DNA of 64,000 nt from an uncultured Methanoregulaceae archaeon (GTDB taxonomy: Archaea; Halobacteriota; Methanomicrobia; Methanomicrobiales; Methanospirillaceae), in NCBI GenBank assembly GCA_963705255.1, contig OY970061.1, positions 1,984,001 to 2,048,000 on the forward strand, read 5' to 3'. Shown here in pieces: positions 1 to 11,217 of the stretch. Below the pieces are notes generated by a model. It searched no databases. It saw nothing but the letters and a program-made list of their open reading frames with translations, and was not told the origin of the DNA. The translations under genes and the position numbers were made by a program. The first letter of the stretch is position 1, and each line of letters opens with the position of its first letter.

Positions 1-1
1 G

Positions 2-682
2 GGAACCTTTCTTGAGCGGCTCAATACGGCAGAGTTCGCTGCACTGGCAGACAAACTGACGAAACAGGTATATGATCTCATCAAAGCCGGGGGTCCTCCC
101 CTCTGCATACTTGGTGTCAACTCCTCACCCACATGTGGAGTTACCACAACTTATTATGGAAGTGAAGGAGATACGCCCGCGAAAAGAACCGGCCGGGGTG
201 TCTTCTTTTCGCGGTTTCCTGAAGTCGCCGCGATGGATGTCGCAACATTTTGCCGTTACCGGATCTATCTTGCTGCGCCGCTGTTCTCGGAAGCCGAACG
301 ATCCTACAATGCATCCATCGCTGCGCTCCTAGAAAAAAACCTGTTTGAGGTGTACCAGCCTCAGGAGAAAGGCGATGATTCTGATACAAGGGATGCAGAC
401 GAACAGGAACGACTGTTTGTGCAGAACAGGGCAGCGCTCGAAAAATCCGATATTGTTGTCGCCATCATCGATGGGGCCGATGCCGACTCCGGAACAGCCT
501 GGGAGATGGGTTATGCATTTGCCCGGAAAAAGCCGGTCATTGCCCTGAGAACCGATTTCAGGCGGGTGGGCAATCACGAGCAGGTCAACCTGATGCTTGA
601 GCAGTCTTCGGTCGTGGTCACGGATACCAGCCAGCTTCTTGGTGCGGTCAATTCTCCGGTTAACCGGAAAACCGATGCATAG
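2..682 (+). CDS. 5'-truncated fusion: DUF523/TudS-like domain (C-terminal part) + nucleoside 2-deoxyribosyltransferase
   Basis: The frame of ORF 233..682 is open back to base 2 (GTFLERLN...ILGVNSSPTCGV...RTGRGVFF), a DUF523-like SPxCG...GxGxF pattern. It is followed by NDT motifs IYLAAPLFSEAER, DSGTAWEMGYA and NLML. Confidence 0.75.
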   Translation, partial: GTFLERLNTAEFAALADKLTKQVYDLIKAGGPPLCILGVNSSPTCGVTTTYYGSEGDTPAKRTGRGVFFSRFPEVAAMDVATFCRYRIYLAAPLFSEAERSYNASIAALLEKNLFEVYQPQEKGDDSDTRDADEQERLFVQNRAALEKSDIVVAIIDGADADSGTAWEMGYAFARKKPVIALRTDFRRVGNHEQVNLMLEQSSVVVTDTSQLLGAVNSPVNRKTDA

Positions 683-883
683 GTTTGCCTTATAAGACAT
701 GCCGTGTCGAAGGTATTTGAAGTGCATTCTTTCCTGTTGTTGATATGTTTTTGTCAGGGATGGGGAGACTGGTGGCAGAAGAAGGGGACAGCCAAAGGTA
801 TCTTGGAAATATTCATTGGCAGCGGATCATCGGAAAACGACAGATATGCAATAATCTATATCAGAAGATTTACGAAATAGTAA

Positions 884-2419
884 ATGATTGCAATGGCAAA
901 GAAACGCGGGGATCGTACACAAGCAAAGAGAGCAGCTTCGGATTTTGACGGTAATCTGGACAGGGATTACCGCTCCCCGATCCAAACGTTTCACGATCTC
1001 AGCTGGGATAATGTCAGATCAGTTCTGCTTGGAAGCCGCTACATGCAAATCCTCCTGGCTCTGACCTTCATCGGATGTTTCCTCCGGTTTTACGATTTGG
1101 GATTCAATTCATTATGGCTCGATGAAGCTTCGACCTATACGCTCTCCATTGGTTCAATCCCTCAGATCTGGCAGGAGACAATGGCCGGTGAATTCAACCC
1201 CCCTCTGTTTTACTGGCTAGAGCACCTGATGCTGACAATTGGGAATAACGAATTTATTCTCAGATTCATTCCCGCGTTACTCGGTGTCCTGACCATTCCT
1301 CTGGCATATCTCGTGGGCAGGGAGTTTATCGATCGGAATGTCGGCATTATTGCCGCAGCCGCATTCGCAGTTTCCCCGTTCCTCATTTATTATTCGCAGG
1401 AAGCACGGGCATACTCCATGATGCTCTTTTTTGTCGCATTCGCAATGGTGTTCTATCTCAGGGCTCTCAAAACGAACAATACCCGGAACTGGGCACTTTT
1501 TGGCGTACTCTCTGCACTGGCTTTCTGGTCCCACTTCTATGCGTTTGTTATCATCGCATCGCTGGTCTTGTACGCGCTTGCTCTGAGGATCAAGGATCTC
1601 CGGAATAACATCAGGAATTTTTTGCCGATTGCGGCAGGATTAATTTTTTTTATCGTCCTGTGCCTTCCACTGATAGTTATTACGATTCAGCTCTTTGCAA
1701 CAAGGACTGCATCTGCTCCCACGTTCGGTGTCCAGGGACTTGATGTAATCTCTACGACATTCCAGCAGGTAGCAGGGTTTTCTGATGTCGCCACGTATCT
1801 GCTCCTGATCTTCTTTGTCCTCGGAGTCATTCAGGCATTCCGTATTGAAAGGAACAAGGGCCTTCTGCTCGTGACACTCACTGTTCTCACGTTCGTTATC
1901 AGTTTTATCCTCTCTTATAAGATGCCCATGGAACCCCGTTACCTTATCTTCTTCTCCCTAATCTTCTTTATCGGGGTTGCAGTCTCATACCGGTTGTTCT
2001 ACTCTCTCATCAATAACCGCGGGATCGTTGTATGCTTCATCGCATTCTTCATCATCCTGAATGCACCGACAATTGCTAATTATTATTCAGGATACACCAA
2101 GGATGACTGGAGAGGCTTTTCTGGGCAGCTTCAGCAACTGACCAAACCGGGTGATATTGTCGTGGCTGTACCGGCATACGTCGACCAGCCGCTTGATTAT
2201 TATTATTCAAACATCTCGGATACTACATTCCTGGAGCACGCGTCAACGGCTCGTGAACTCGCTGCCCTGAACACTCAGAAAAACAACCGCACGATCTATT
2301 ATGTAGTCACTCAGGATATCAGTTCAGCGGATCCCAGCGGTGATGCCATCGCATGGCTGAAGACGAATGCGACATTTCTGAAGCAGGATACCGGCATTTA
2401 TCTCTTCTCTTCAGAGTAA
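884..2419 (+). CDS. Glycosyltransferase family 39 / PMT-like (GT-C) membrane protein
   Basis: SLWLDEA, NPPLFY, SPFLIYYSQEARAYS motifs; many TM helices. Confidence 0.85.
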   Translation: MIAMAKKRGDRTQAKRAASDFDGNLDRDYRSPIQTFHDLSWDNVRSVLLGSRYMQILLALTFIGCFLRFYDLGFNSLWLDEASTYTLSIGSIPQIWQETMAGEFNPPLFYWLEHLMLTIGNNEFILRFIPALLGVLTIPLAYLVGREFIDRNVGIIAAAAFAVSPFLIYYSQEARAYSMMLFFVAFAMVFYLRALKTNNTRNWALFGVLSALAFWSHFYAFVIIASLVLYALALRIKDLRNNIRNFLPIAAGLIFFIVLCLPLIVITIQLFATRTASAPTFGVQGLDVISTTFQQVAGFSDVATYLLLIFFVLGVIQAFRIERNKGLLLVTLTVLTFVISFILSYKMPMEPRYLIFFSLIFFIGVAVSYRLFYSLINNRGIVVCFIAFFIILNAPTIANYYSGYTKDDWRGFSGQLQQLTKPGDIVVAVPAYVDQPLDYYYSNISDTTFLEHASTARELAALNTQKNNRTIYYVVTQDISSADPSGDAIAWLKTNATFLKQDTGIYLFSSE

Positions 2420-2439
2420 CCATCCGGATCTCGACAACC

Positions 2440-3550
2440 ATGTACGACCTTACGGTTATCATTCCCACCTACAACGAAGAAGCTTAATATCCGGGATATT
2501 GTTAGCGAAGTGGATAACGTATTCCGGGATAATGCACTCAACGGGGAGATCTTGGTAGTGGATGACAATTCCCCCGATGCCACTATTGCGATTGTTAATG
2601 AGATGAAAAAGGCAAAACCTAATCTCAATATTCTCGTCCGCAGTGACGATCGCGACCTCTCCCAGTCGGTAGCCGAAGGATTTGCTCACGCCTCTTCCGA
2701 GATCTTTGTGGTCATCGACGCGGATTTTTCCCATCCCCCGTCATTGATCCCCGCCATGTATAGCGAAATCAGGTCGGGGAACGAGGTTGTTATCGGAAGC
2801 AGGTACATGGAGGGGGGGGAAATAAAAAAATGGCCTATCAAACGGCGGATCATCTCTATTGGGGCAACATTTCTCGGGCGGCTCCTTTTTCCGGATATTA
2901 CAGATCCTGTGAGCGGATTTTTTGCGGTCAGAAAGGAAGTAGTTACCAATGCGCCACTAAAACCGAGAGGTTATAAAATACTGCTGGAGGTGCTGGGAAA
3001 GGGGACTTGGGAAAAGGACAGGGAAATTCCCTTTGAATTTGTCGACCGTGACGTCGGTTCGAGTAAGCTAAAACTGAAAACGATTGTCGAATATGCAGAG
3101 CAGGTTATGGACATCACACTTTATTCCTTCTCCCATCACCAGAGTGCTGCATGGAGAGAATGGAAAAAAGTGCTCAAATTCGGGATAGTAGGGATAATCG
3201 GGATCCTCATAAATATGGGGGTATTGTATTGTCTTACAAATTATGTCGGGTTATTTTATCTGGTATCCAGTTTGTTTGCAATCGAATTATCCGTCCTGAA
3301 TAATTTTCTCTGGAATGATCTTTGGACGTTCCGGTCCTACCAGCAACACCGATTATCCAGTCGCTGGCATCGCTTGATTGCATTTCACGGGGTTTCTGTC
3401 GGGGGACTCGTCATAAATATGGGAATATTATATCTCCTGACCAGTTTCTTCGGTATCTACTATCTGGTTTCGAACCTTCTTGGGATTCTTGTTGCCTTTG
3501 CATGGAATTTCTGGGTGAACCGGCGGGTGACGTGGAAAACAGAAAAATGA
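2440..3550 (+). CDS. Dolichol-phosphate mannosyltransferase (GT2) fused to GtrA domain; one-base indel near 2485
   Basis: ATG at 2440 gives MYDLTVIIPTYNEEA, then a frameshift into the ORF with VVDDNSPD, DADFSHPP, DPVSGFF, GYKILLE; C-terminal GtrA (KFGIVG...NNFLWND..TF). Confidence 0.85.
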
Positions 3551-4212
3551 GAGATAACTCCTCAAAATCTGTATCGCGATCGACTTATCCGGATTTACCA
3601 GTTCCTATGCCAGTCACTGCTATTCCTGAAAACCACGATCTCTGTCGATACTGATCGGCAGATCATCACCCGTCTGAAGATATCTCAACATGTCCATGAT
3701 ATCCCTCACACCGAAACACTCTTGGAACAGTGCTAGAGGTCAGACATTCTGATCTTTATGCCCTGGATAAAAGATACGATTCTGAAGAGATTCACCGGCT
3801 GATTCGGTATACCTGAACGCCTGCTCGTTCATCCCTGTTTGAGATAGAAAACGGAAAAAATCTCCGGGTATGATCGAATAAGAATCGCTCTATCATTCGA
3901 TCGGGAGAAATATGATCAGGGAAATAAGGTGGAAACGATATTCTTCGTCCTGAAAAGAGAATCCGGGGAATCCCCCAAGGCTCGAAAATCCCAACTTCAG
4001 ATTAGGGAGATCAAAATCAAGGAGATCTTCTATAACCTTTCAAGATTGAGGATATTTTTTGCTATTCTGATTATTGTTGAGGAATTCTACCGAGCCTGAA
4101 AAAATATATCAGATCCTGTTCTTAAGAGTATACAATGAGAATCTGATGGTGCTCGTTCGGTCTGTATCTTTACGGATATTTTTCGGCATCAGATATCCAA
4201 TAAAAAACATCG

Positions 4213-6522
4213 ATGGTATTGGTGGATCAGATGAGTCTTGACTGGATAAAAAACAGCAATATTTCTGTAAAAGAGGTTTGTTACCTCATTTTGCCTTTAG
4301 TACTCTTATTAGTGGCGTTCCCTTCGATCATTCAACCGGATCAAGGGTTCATTTCAAGTAAATATGATACGCTTCTTGGTATTAACACCGAACTCTCTGT
4401 TGCTAATGATCCACTTGCATTATGGAATCCGAATTGGTTAACGGGCATGCCGGAATATGCACTCCCTCTGTCAGAAAAATTCTACCCGACTTATATTCCC
4501 AGTCTTCTCCTTTCACAGGATATTTATTTAATAAACTGGTTTATCATCATCAGTCTGTTTTTGGCGTATCTGTTTTTTTTCAAAATGTCGGGATTAATGA
4601 CCAGAAATCCTGAAATTCGGATGATATTTTCCACGGCATACCTTTTTTCAGGAATTCTTCTGTCGCGAGTCGATGCAGGTCACCTTTCCATCATATACGC
4701 ATTGACCTGGATACCTTTGATGTATTATGCATTTTTTAAGATTATCTGGGATAATGACACATCCGTAGTGAATATTGTCATTTTTTCGATCTCCTTCGCA
4801 TTGATTTTCTTTACTGGCGCTGTGTACTATCTCTTTTATAGTTGTGCAATTCTTGCAATTTTTTTTATATATTATCTTTTAAGGAAAATGCTGAGCAAGC
4901 GTACTATTACCGCAGTCTTTTTTTCTGCATTTATTGGTACCCTATTACTTTCCATTGAACTCATCCCCGTTATGATCAGTTCAACTGCTTTAGGTCGAAT
5001 TGATATCATCAATGTTTTGGGGGACGGGGGCTCGCTTGAAAATAATATCGCATCATTTATTGTTGGGACTCCCATTGATCATGCGTTCAGTGGCTATGAG
5101 AGCATCGCATTGATTGGGATTTTTCCGATTTTATTTTTGATTATTGCCTTTGTCTTCGGCAGGGACGACTGGACAATTCCTGCTTTTTTTGCGATATTGT
5201 TCTCGTTTATCTGGGCCGATGGAGGAAGAACCCTTTTATCCTTCATTCACCTTCTTCCCGGTGTTAATAATTTCCGCGTTGCAGGTCGCATGTTAGGTGC
5301 TATCCTTCCCATAATCCTCCTTTTCTCCTTGTATGGTCTTGATCTTCTGTTAACACGCCTTAAAAATGGAGAATTTTTTGCAATATCTTCACAACAGAAA
5401 AAAAATGTCATCTATGGCATAAGTGCCCTTTTCATATTAAAAATGTTAGAATTGCCATTTCAGATTGATGCATCAGTTGATGCATGGATTTCACTGATTA
5501 TTATCGCAGTTTTCATAGCGTTGTTGTATTTTAACCGGGTAACATTGAAGATCTTGATTATTTTTTTTACCGGATCATTGTTCATTGATGCATACTTTAT
5601 TTTCCAAAATTTTCCTGGAATAGATATCGGTATTGGAATAAAATCAATCATTATCGTGGGAATTGTCAGCGCCGCGATAATCTTTTTTAATCGGAATCTT
5701 ATTCAACTCCGGGCCACTCAATCCAACCTTCTTTGTGGTTTGTTGATGGTAAGTATCTGTATTGTAGTTATGGGAAATCTCAGTTATCTTTCAGTTTCCA
5801 ATCCAAACTTGGGGAGCAGTCCTGCTCTTCCGATTATTGAGAAGATCAAATCTGTCAATACGGCAGAATCGCAGATCTGGGTACTTGAAACTGGCTGGCC
5901 GTTCTATCACGAAGATTTTACCTATTGGTTTATTAAAAATGGCATTCACCCAATCAGGGCGTATTATCCCAATTACCTCACCACGACTCTTGCTGATACC
6001 TATAATATCGGGAATGCCTCGTATTTCACAGCGGATTATGTCGTGGATGATCAGTATCTTGAGAATGGCGATCAGAATATCGATAATGTGACATTCAAGG
6101 TTCAGAATATATCAATCTACCAGCCGGATCATGTCCTTCCAAATGTGTTCGTAATCCGAAAGAATGAAGTCATTCCTGTCAATATTGAAAAATTTGGATC
6201 AGATGAAGTAACGGTATCTGGGCAGTTTACTCCCGGAGATATTGCCGTACTAAAAACCTCATATTACCCTGGATGGAAAGTTAATGGTCAGGATGCGATG
6301 AATGGCGGAAATATGGTCGCCGCTCAGGTCACATCGGAAACCACGTCACTCAGCTTCAAATTTGATCCCAACGACGTAAAAATCGGATATGTATTAACCG
6401 GAATTGGTATAATTATACTTGTAATTCTGATTATTAAACGCAGTGAAATCGAACAATATTTTGAAAATATGGATCTTATTAAAAAAGAACAAGTATCAAG
6501 CCACAAAAAGAAGAAGCGGTGA
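4213..6522 (+). CDS. Large polytopic membrane protein, YfhO/GT-C-like
   Basis: 769 aa; LWNPNWLTGMP, FRVAGR, C-terminal SYYPGWKVNG + TM + basic tail; AT-rich. Confidence 0.6.
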   Translation: MVLVDQMSLDWIKNSNISVKEVCYLILPLVLLLVAFPSIIQPDQGFISSKYDTLLGINTELSVANDPLALWNPNWLTGMPEYALPLSEKFYPTYIPSLLLSQDIYLINWFIIISLFLAYLFFFKMSGLMTRNPEIRMIFSTAYLFSGILLSRVDAGHLSIIYALTWIPLMYYAFFKIIWDNDTSVVNIVIFSISFALIFFTGAVYYLFYSCAILAIFFIYYLLRKMLSKRTITAVFFSAFIGTLLLSIELIPVMISSTALGRIDIINVLGDGGSLENNIASFIVGTPIDHAFSGYESIALIGIFPILFLIIAFVFGRDDWTIPAFFAILFSFIWADGGRTLLSFIHLLPGVNNFRVAGRMLGAILPIILLFSLYGLDLLLTRLKNGEFFAISSQQKKNVIYGISALFILKMLELPFQIDASVDAWISLIIIAVFIALLYFNRVTLKILIIFFTGSLFIDAYFIFQNFPGIDIGIGIKSIIIVGIVSAAIIFFNRNLIQLRATQSNLLCGLLMVSICIVVMGNLSYLSVSNPNLGSSPALPIIEKIKSVNTAESQIWVLETGWPFYHEDFTYWFIKNGIHPIRAYYPNYLTTTLADTYNIGNASYFTADYVVDDQYLENGDQNIDNVTFKVQNISIYQPDHVLPNVFVIRKNEVIPVNIEKFGSDEVTVSGQFTPGDIAVLKTSYYPGWKVNGQDAMNGGNMVAAQVTSETTSLSFKFDPNDVKIGYVLTGIGIIILVILIIKRSEIEQYFENMDLIKKEQVSSHKKKKR

Positions 6523-6646
6523 GTACTTGAGCAATCTTTTCAATTCTTTTCTTGGGTGTCATCCTCACAATGTTTCGTCTTTTTCTTCAATTTTTCCAGT
6601 CTGTTAAAAAATCCTCATATCCTTAGCCGACCAACTACCTACCATC

Positions 6647-7618
6647 ATGTCCAACCTCACGGTCGCAATCATCGCCCCGCCCGATTATTCAAAGGATCTG
6701 GGAAAGAAGGGGACGGCAAGCGACATCACATTCTATAACCTGAAGAAAGGTGACGCAACGGTCACCTTCATCGAACCGACACGGTATCCGGAAAAACTCT
6801 CCTCGCTCTTTTATTCAATATCCCTCGCGGACCGCGTGATACTTGTTGTCGATGAGATTAACGCCTCGTTTGGCGAATGCGTGCTGATGCTCCAGTGCGC
6901 CGGGAAATCTGCCGGGTATCTTATTCTCAAGAACTATATCTTTCCTGACCAGATTGCGCCGCTTATCAAAGGCACCGTCCTCGAACATTACGAATTGATG
7001 GAGGCGGACATGGTCGGAATACGTGAAAAGCTCCTCGATATTGCAGTGAAAAAGACCCACCACCAGAAAGAGAAGACAAGCGGGGGCAACGGTGTCGTTC
7101 CCATCGACCACCATTTCAATGTGAAAGGTGTGGGGGTTGTTGCACTTGCCTGTGTGGCACAAGGTACCATAAAAAAGCATGACCTCCTTAAAGTCCTGCC
7201 AACGGAGAAGACTGCACAGGTGCGGTCTATCCAGAAACATGATGATGATGCTGATACCGCTGTTGCCGGTGACCGTGTCGGTCTCGCCCTGAAAAACATT
7301 GAATCTGAAGACCTTGACCGTGGTTACGTTCTGACAAACGACCCGTCAATAAAATATTCCAATAACGTTACCGGCAAAGCCCAACTCGTAAAGTACTGGC
7401 CGGCCCCGCTCAAAGAGGGCATGGTGCTGTATGCCGGTCACTGGATGCAGTTCCTCCCCACCCGGCTGGAGAGCGTTACCGTGGAGGGCGACTGGCGGAT
7501 GCCCACCCTGACCCTCTCTCTGGAAAAGGCACTTGTGTACCCCCCGGGTGCCCGCATGACGCTCCACTATCTCGAGGGCGGCAAACTCCGTGTGGTGGGA
7601 TCCCTCATCCTTCCATAG
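6647..7618 (+). CDS. Archaeal EF-Tu/SelB-like protein (degenerate G domain + EF-Tu domain 2)
   Basis: IDHHFNVKGVGVVAL, VRSIQKHD, GDRVGLALKN, DLDRG. Confidence 0.8.
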   Translation: MSNLTVAIIAPPDYSKDLGKKGTASDITFYNLKKGDATVTFIEPTRYPEKLSSLFYSISLADRVILVVDEINASFGECVLMLQCAGKSAGYLILKNYIFPDQIAPLIKGTVLEHYELMEADMVGIREKLLDIAVKKTHHQKEKTSGGNGVVPIDHHFNVKGVGVVALACVAQGTIKKHDLLKVLPTEKTAQVRSIQKHDDDADTAVAGDRVGLALKNIESEDLDRGYVLTNDPSIKYSNNVTGKAQLVKYWPAPLKEGMVLYAGHWMQFLPTRLESVTVEGDWRMPTLTLSLEKALVYPPGARMTLHYLEGGKLRVVGSLILP

Positions 7619-7684
7619 TTATTCCGATATCTTTTTTCCGAATTGTCTTATCTTGAGAAACGGTCCTCAGTACTCTGAGTAACC

Positions 7685-8254
7685 ATGCTGGAAGATTACA
7701 TTGGATGGATAATCCTTGGCATCATTGCCCTCATGATCGTTGCCCTGGTCCTCCGGACCATGGGCATTTACAACCGGTTCTACACCCTGAAAAACGCATC
7801 TGAAGCCACGCTGGGCCAGATCCGCGTCGCCATGAAAAAGCGACTGGACATGATCGACCAGCTCCTCGGCGCAGTCAGGAGTTATGCAAAGTTCGAGAAA
7901 GAGACCCTCGAAAAAGTGACTGCCATGAGGGCAAGTGTGGGGACAGCACGTCCCGGGGACCTGAACAAGGTAGAAACCGAGTCCCGCGCCATCTTCGGCA
8001 GCCTGCTCGCAGTGGCAGAAAATTACCCGGATCTCAAGACCTCAACAACCGTTACAAACCTTATGGATTCTGTCAAAGGCCTTGAGGATGAGATTGCGCG
8101 GCAGCGCAACACCTACAACAACATCTCGAGGGAGTTCAACACGATGATGGATACCATCTCGTCGAATTTTGTTGGGCGGTTGACAGAATTTCTGAGACTT
8201 GAGTACCTGCAGTTCGAGAAAGCGATCGCAACTCCGCCGAAAATAGAGTTCTGA
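7685..8254 (+). CDS. lemA: LemA family protein
   Basis: N-terminal TM, YNR..L.N, AVAENYPDLK, RNTYN. Confidence 0.9.
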   Translation: MLEDYIGWIILGIIALMIVALVLRTMGIYNRFYTLKNASEATLGQIRVAMKKRLDMIDQLLGAVRSYAKFEKETLEKVTAMRASVGTARPGDLNKVETESRAIFGSLLAVAENYPDLKTSTTVTNLMDSVKGLEDEIARQRNTYNNISREFNTMMDTISSNFVGRLTEFLRLEYLQFEKAIATPPKIEF

Positions 8255-8266
8255 AAGGTCATAGTC

Positions 8267-8480
8267 GTGGGAGAAACCACACAGCACGTCGCCCTAGCCG
8301 TCCGGGAAAATGTGGAACGGGCGATCAGATCGCTCAATATTCATGTCGCCGAAACCGGCATTCCCGTTGGAGTCACAAAGGATGTACGCGTTTCTCCCGC
8401 TCCTCTATTTCACCCCACCATGTCATGGTGGTTTCTGCAGTATGGGCGGGTTCGGCGGTGGAGGCGCCGGCGGGAGATAA
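8267..8480 (+). pseudogene. Internally deleted remnant of a DUF2207-like membrane protein gene
   Basis: Directly follows lemA; only ~210 nt, ending in another frame with GGFGGGGAGGR-stop (8478-8480), the Gly-rich tail typical of DUF2207, the usual lemA partner. Confidence 0.55.
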
Positions 8481-8618
8481 TAATGGAGATTCCCCCGAAT
8501 TCAAGGAACCGGAGGTCATTTCCTGCCCATTCTATCCATGAAAACGGTATCCTGCGTTTGTCATAGAAGATATAAACCCGCGAAAACCATATGAATACCA
8601 GAAAGGGTATCTGATTAT

Positions 8619-9204
8619 ATGCAATATACGGAAGGTCAGCTCGGCAGGGTCTTTGTCGTGAGGATCGATGACGGTGAGGATATGTTGGTTTCCCTGCACC
8701 AGTTCATCGGAGACAAAGGTATCCTGGCGGGCTCGATCCTCTTCCTTGGCGCCCTGATGAACGGGAGGATGGTGACCGGACCTGAGGAACCGGTCATTCC
8801 CCCGGTTCCTCATTTCGTTATGTTTGAGGGTGGGCTGGGAAGTGTTTGGTGTAGGCACTATTTACCCGGGGGAAGGTGGTCCCCACATCCATTACCATGC
8901 ATCGGTCGGCAGGGCCGGCCACGCCCTGACCGGCTGTCTGCGGGAAAAAGCCACGGCGTACCTCATTGTTGAAGTGGTTATCCTTGAATTTACCGGGCTT
9001 TCTGCCCGCCGGGAATTTGATGAAAAATCCCAGATTCACATGCCGGTGCTTCAGAGCAGCGAAGGCGAAACGTCAAAATCCGGAGAGGAAACCGATGAAA
9101 CACAAGAGACCGCTCCCCGCACCGATAAAAAAGACGAGACCAGCGAACTGCCGGGAGGGCTTGCAGAAATTATCCGGGACCTTACCCGGCGCCCGTCAAC
9201 ATAA
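8619..9204 (+). CDS. PPC/DUF296 domain protein; indel near 8833
   Basis: GRVFVVRIDDGED...FLGAL in one frame, continuing WEVFGVGTI...PHIHYHASVG...GCL...EVVI in the next. Confidence 0.85.
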
Positions 9205-9252
9205 CCTCATATCCCGTTTCCGGGATATGAAACGCACACATCGTCTCACTCT

Positions 9253-11039
9253 ATGATCCCACAGCCCGCGTTTCTCCCGATGTCCCTGAAAGAAGGCAGG
9301 AAACTCGGCATAGAACGATTCGATGTCATTCTCGTGAGCGGAGATGCTTACGTCGACCACCCATCATTTGGAACTGCGATCATCGGGCGGGTCCTCTGGG
9401 ATGCCGGATTCTCTGTAGGGATTATTGCCCAGCCGGACTGGAAGAATACAACGGATTTTCTGGCACTGGGAGAACCCCGCCTCTTCTTTGGCGTCTCATC
9501 GGGAAATGTCGACTCCATGGTGAACAATCTCACGCCCGGCCTGAAGCGGCGGAGCGATGATGTCTACTCTCCCGGGGGTATCCCGAAACGCCCCGACCGG
9601 GCGACAATCGTGTATACCAGCAAAATACATGAACTGTTTCCCGGTGTACCGATCATTCTCGGTGGTGTCGAAGCAAGCCTCCGGCGCTTCGCCCATTATG
9701 ATTACTGGCAGGACAAGGTCCGGCAATCGATCCTCGCGGATGCGCCCGCCGATCTTCTCGTTTTCGGTATGGGTGAACGGCAGGTAGTGGAGATTGCCCA
9801 GCGATTGAGCGCCGGTGAACCTGCGGGGCTGCTACGGGACATTCACGGGACTGCCTTTACCATGGAGGTAGCACAATGGCGATGCAACCGTCCGCAGAGC
9901 ATTATTGAAATCCCAAGCTTTGGGGAGGTCTCACAGGACAAGAGAGCATATGCCCGGGCATTTGCCCTGCATTACCATGAGCAGGACCCGGTCGAGGGCG
10001 CTCCGGTTGGACAGCCCCACCCGAAGACCGTAGTCATCCAGAACCCCCCGGCGCATCCCCTGAAAACCCCGGAACTCGACCATATCTACGAGCTGCCGTT
10101 CTCCCGGGAGGCCCACCCGTCCTATTCCCGGACGGTACCGGCACTGGACCCGGTACGGTTCTCGGTGACAAGTCACCGCGGTTGTTTTGGGGGGTGTTCA
10201 TTCTGCGCCCTCACCCACCACCAGGGCAGGATCATCCAGAACCGGAGCATCGGATCCATCATCAGGGAAGTCACCCGCATGACAAAAATGGCCGGTTTCA
10301 AAGGCATTGTACAGGATGTCGGCGGACCAACGGCAAACATGTACGGTCTCATATGCGACCGCTGGGAGGGATCCGGGGCGTGCAGGGATAGGCGCTGCAG
10401 CACGTCCTGCCGGACCCTCCATACGAGCCACAGATTCCAGTGCGAGCTTCTTCAGGCGCTGCAGCAGGTCCCCGGCGTCAGGAAGGTCTTTATCTGTTCG
10501 GGTATTCGCTACGACCTTGTACTTGCCGATGATTCGGGGTACCTTGACCTTATCTGTGAGCACCATATCTCCGGGCACCTCAAGGTCGCCCCTGAACATG
10601 TGACAAAAAACGTGACCGACCTTATGAACAAGCCCGGCAGGGAAGTCTTCGACAGGTTCCGCGAACAGTTTGCAGAGCAGCAGAGAAAAAGAGCCGGCAG
10701 TACCTGCTCCCCTACTTCATGTCCGGACATCCCGGCTGCACGGTTGCAGACATGGTGGAGCTTGCGCTCTATATCCAGAAAACCCGGATGTATACCGAGC
10801 AGGTTCAGGACTTCACACCGACTCCCATGAGCGTCTCGACCTGCATGTACTATACCGGCCTCAACCCGTTCACCCTGGAACCAATCCATATACCAAAAGG
10901 ACACGAGAAGAAGATTCAGCGTGCCCTGATGCACTATCGTGAACCGAAGAACCACCGTCTGGTTGCCGAAGGTCTCAGGATGGCGGGAAGGATGGATCTC
11001 ATCGGGCCCGGTCCGCGAACTTTCGTGCTGCATGATTAG
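9253..11039 (+). CDS. YgiQ/UPF0313 radical SAM protein; indel near 10685
   Basis: GDAYVDHPSFG, HRGCFGGCSFC, DVGGPTANMY, LKVAPEH; continues YLLPYFMSGHPG...EQVQDFTPTP in a shifted frame. Confidence 0.9.
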
Positions 11040-11217
11040 CAGGGGGGTCCATTATCCCCGGCGAAACCTCCGGGAGCAAAGAAATAATCAGATTTTTTTA
11101 TTTTGTGTCAACGAACCAACTGCAGATCCTGTCGTGGACTTTTCTTTTCTGAAGGAACGTAATTGTTCGTATTCCGTTCTGTACTATGGCAGAAATAATC
11201 AAATACCAACTGCCGCG

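Noticed and set aside
6647-7618. True selenocysteine elongation factor SelB
   Set aside because: Lacks intact GTPase motifs and the SelB C-terminal domain; no Sec machinery nearby
10670-10700. Programmed ribosomal frameshift in the radical SAM gene at an A-rich run
   Set aside because: One of many similar indels across unrelated genes; sequencing error is more parsimonious
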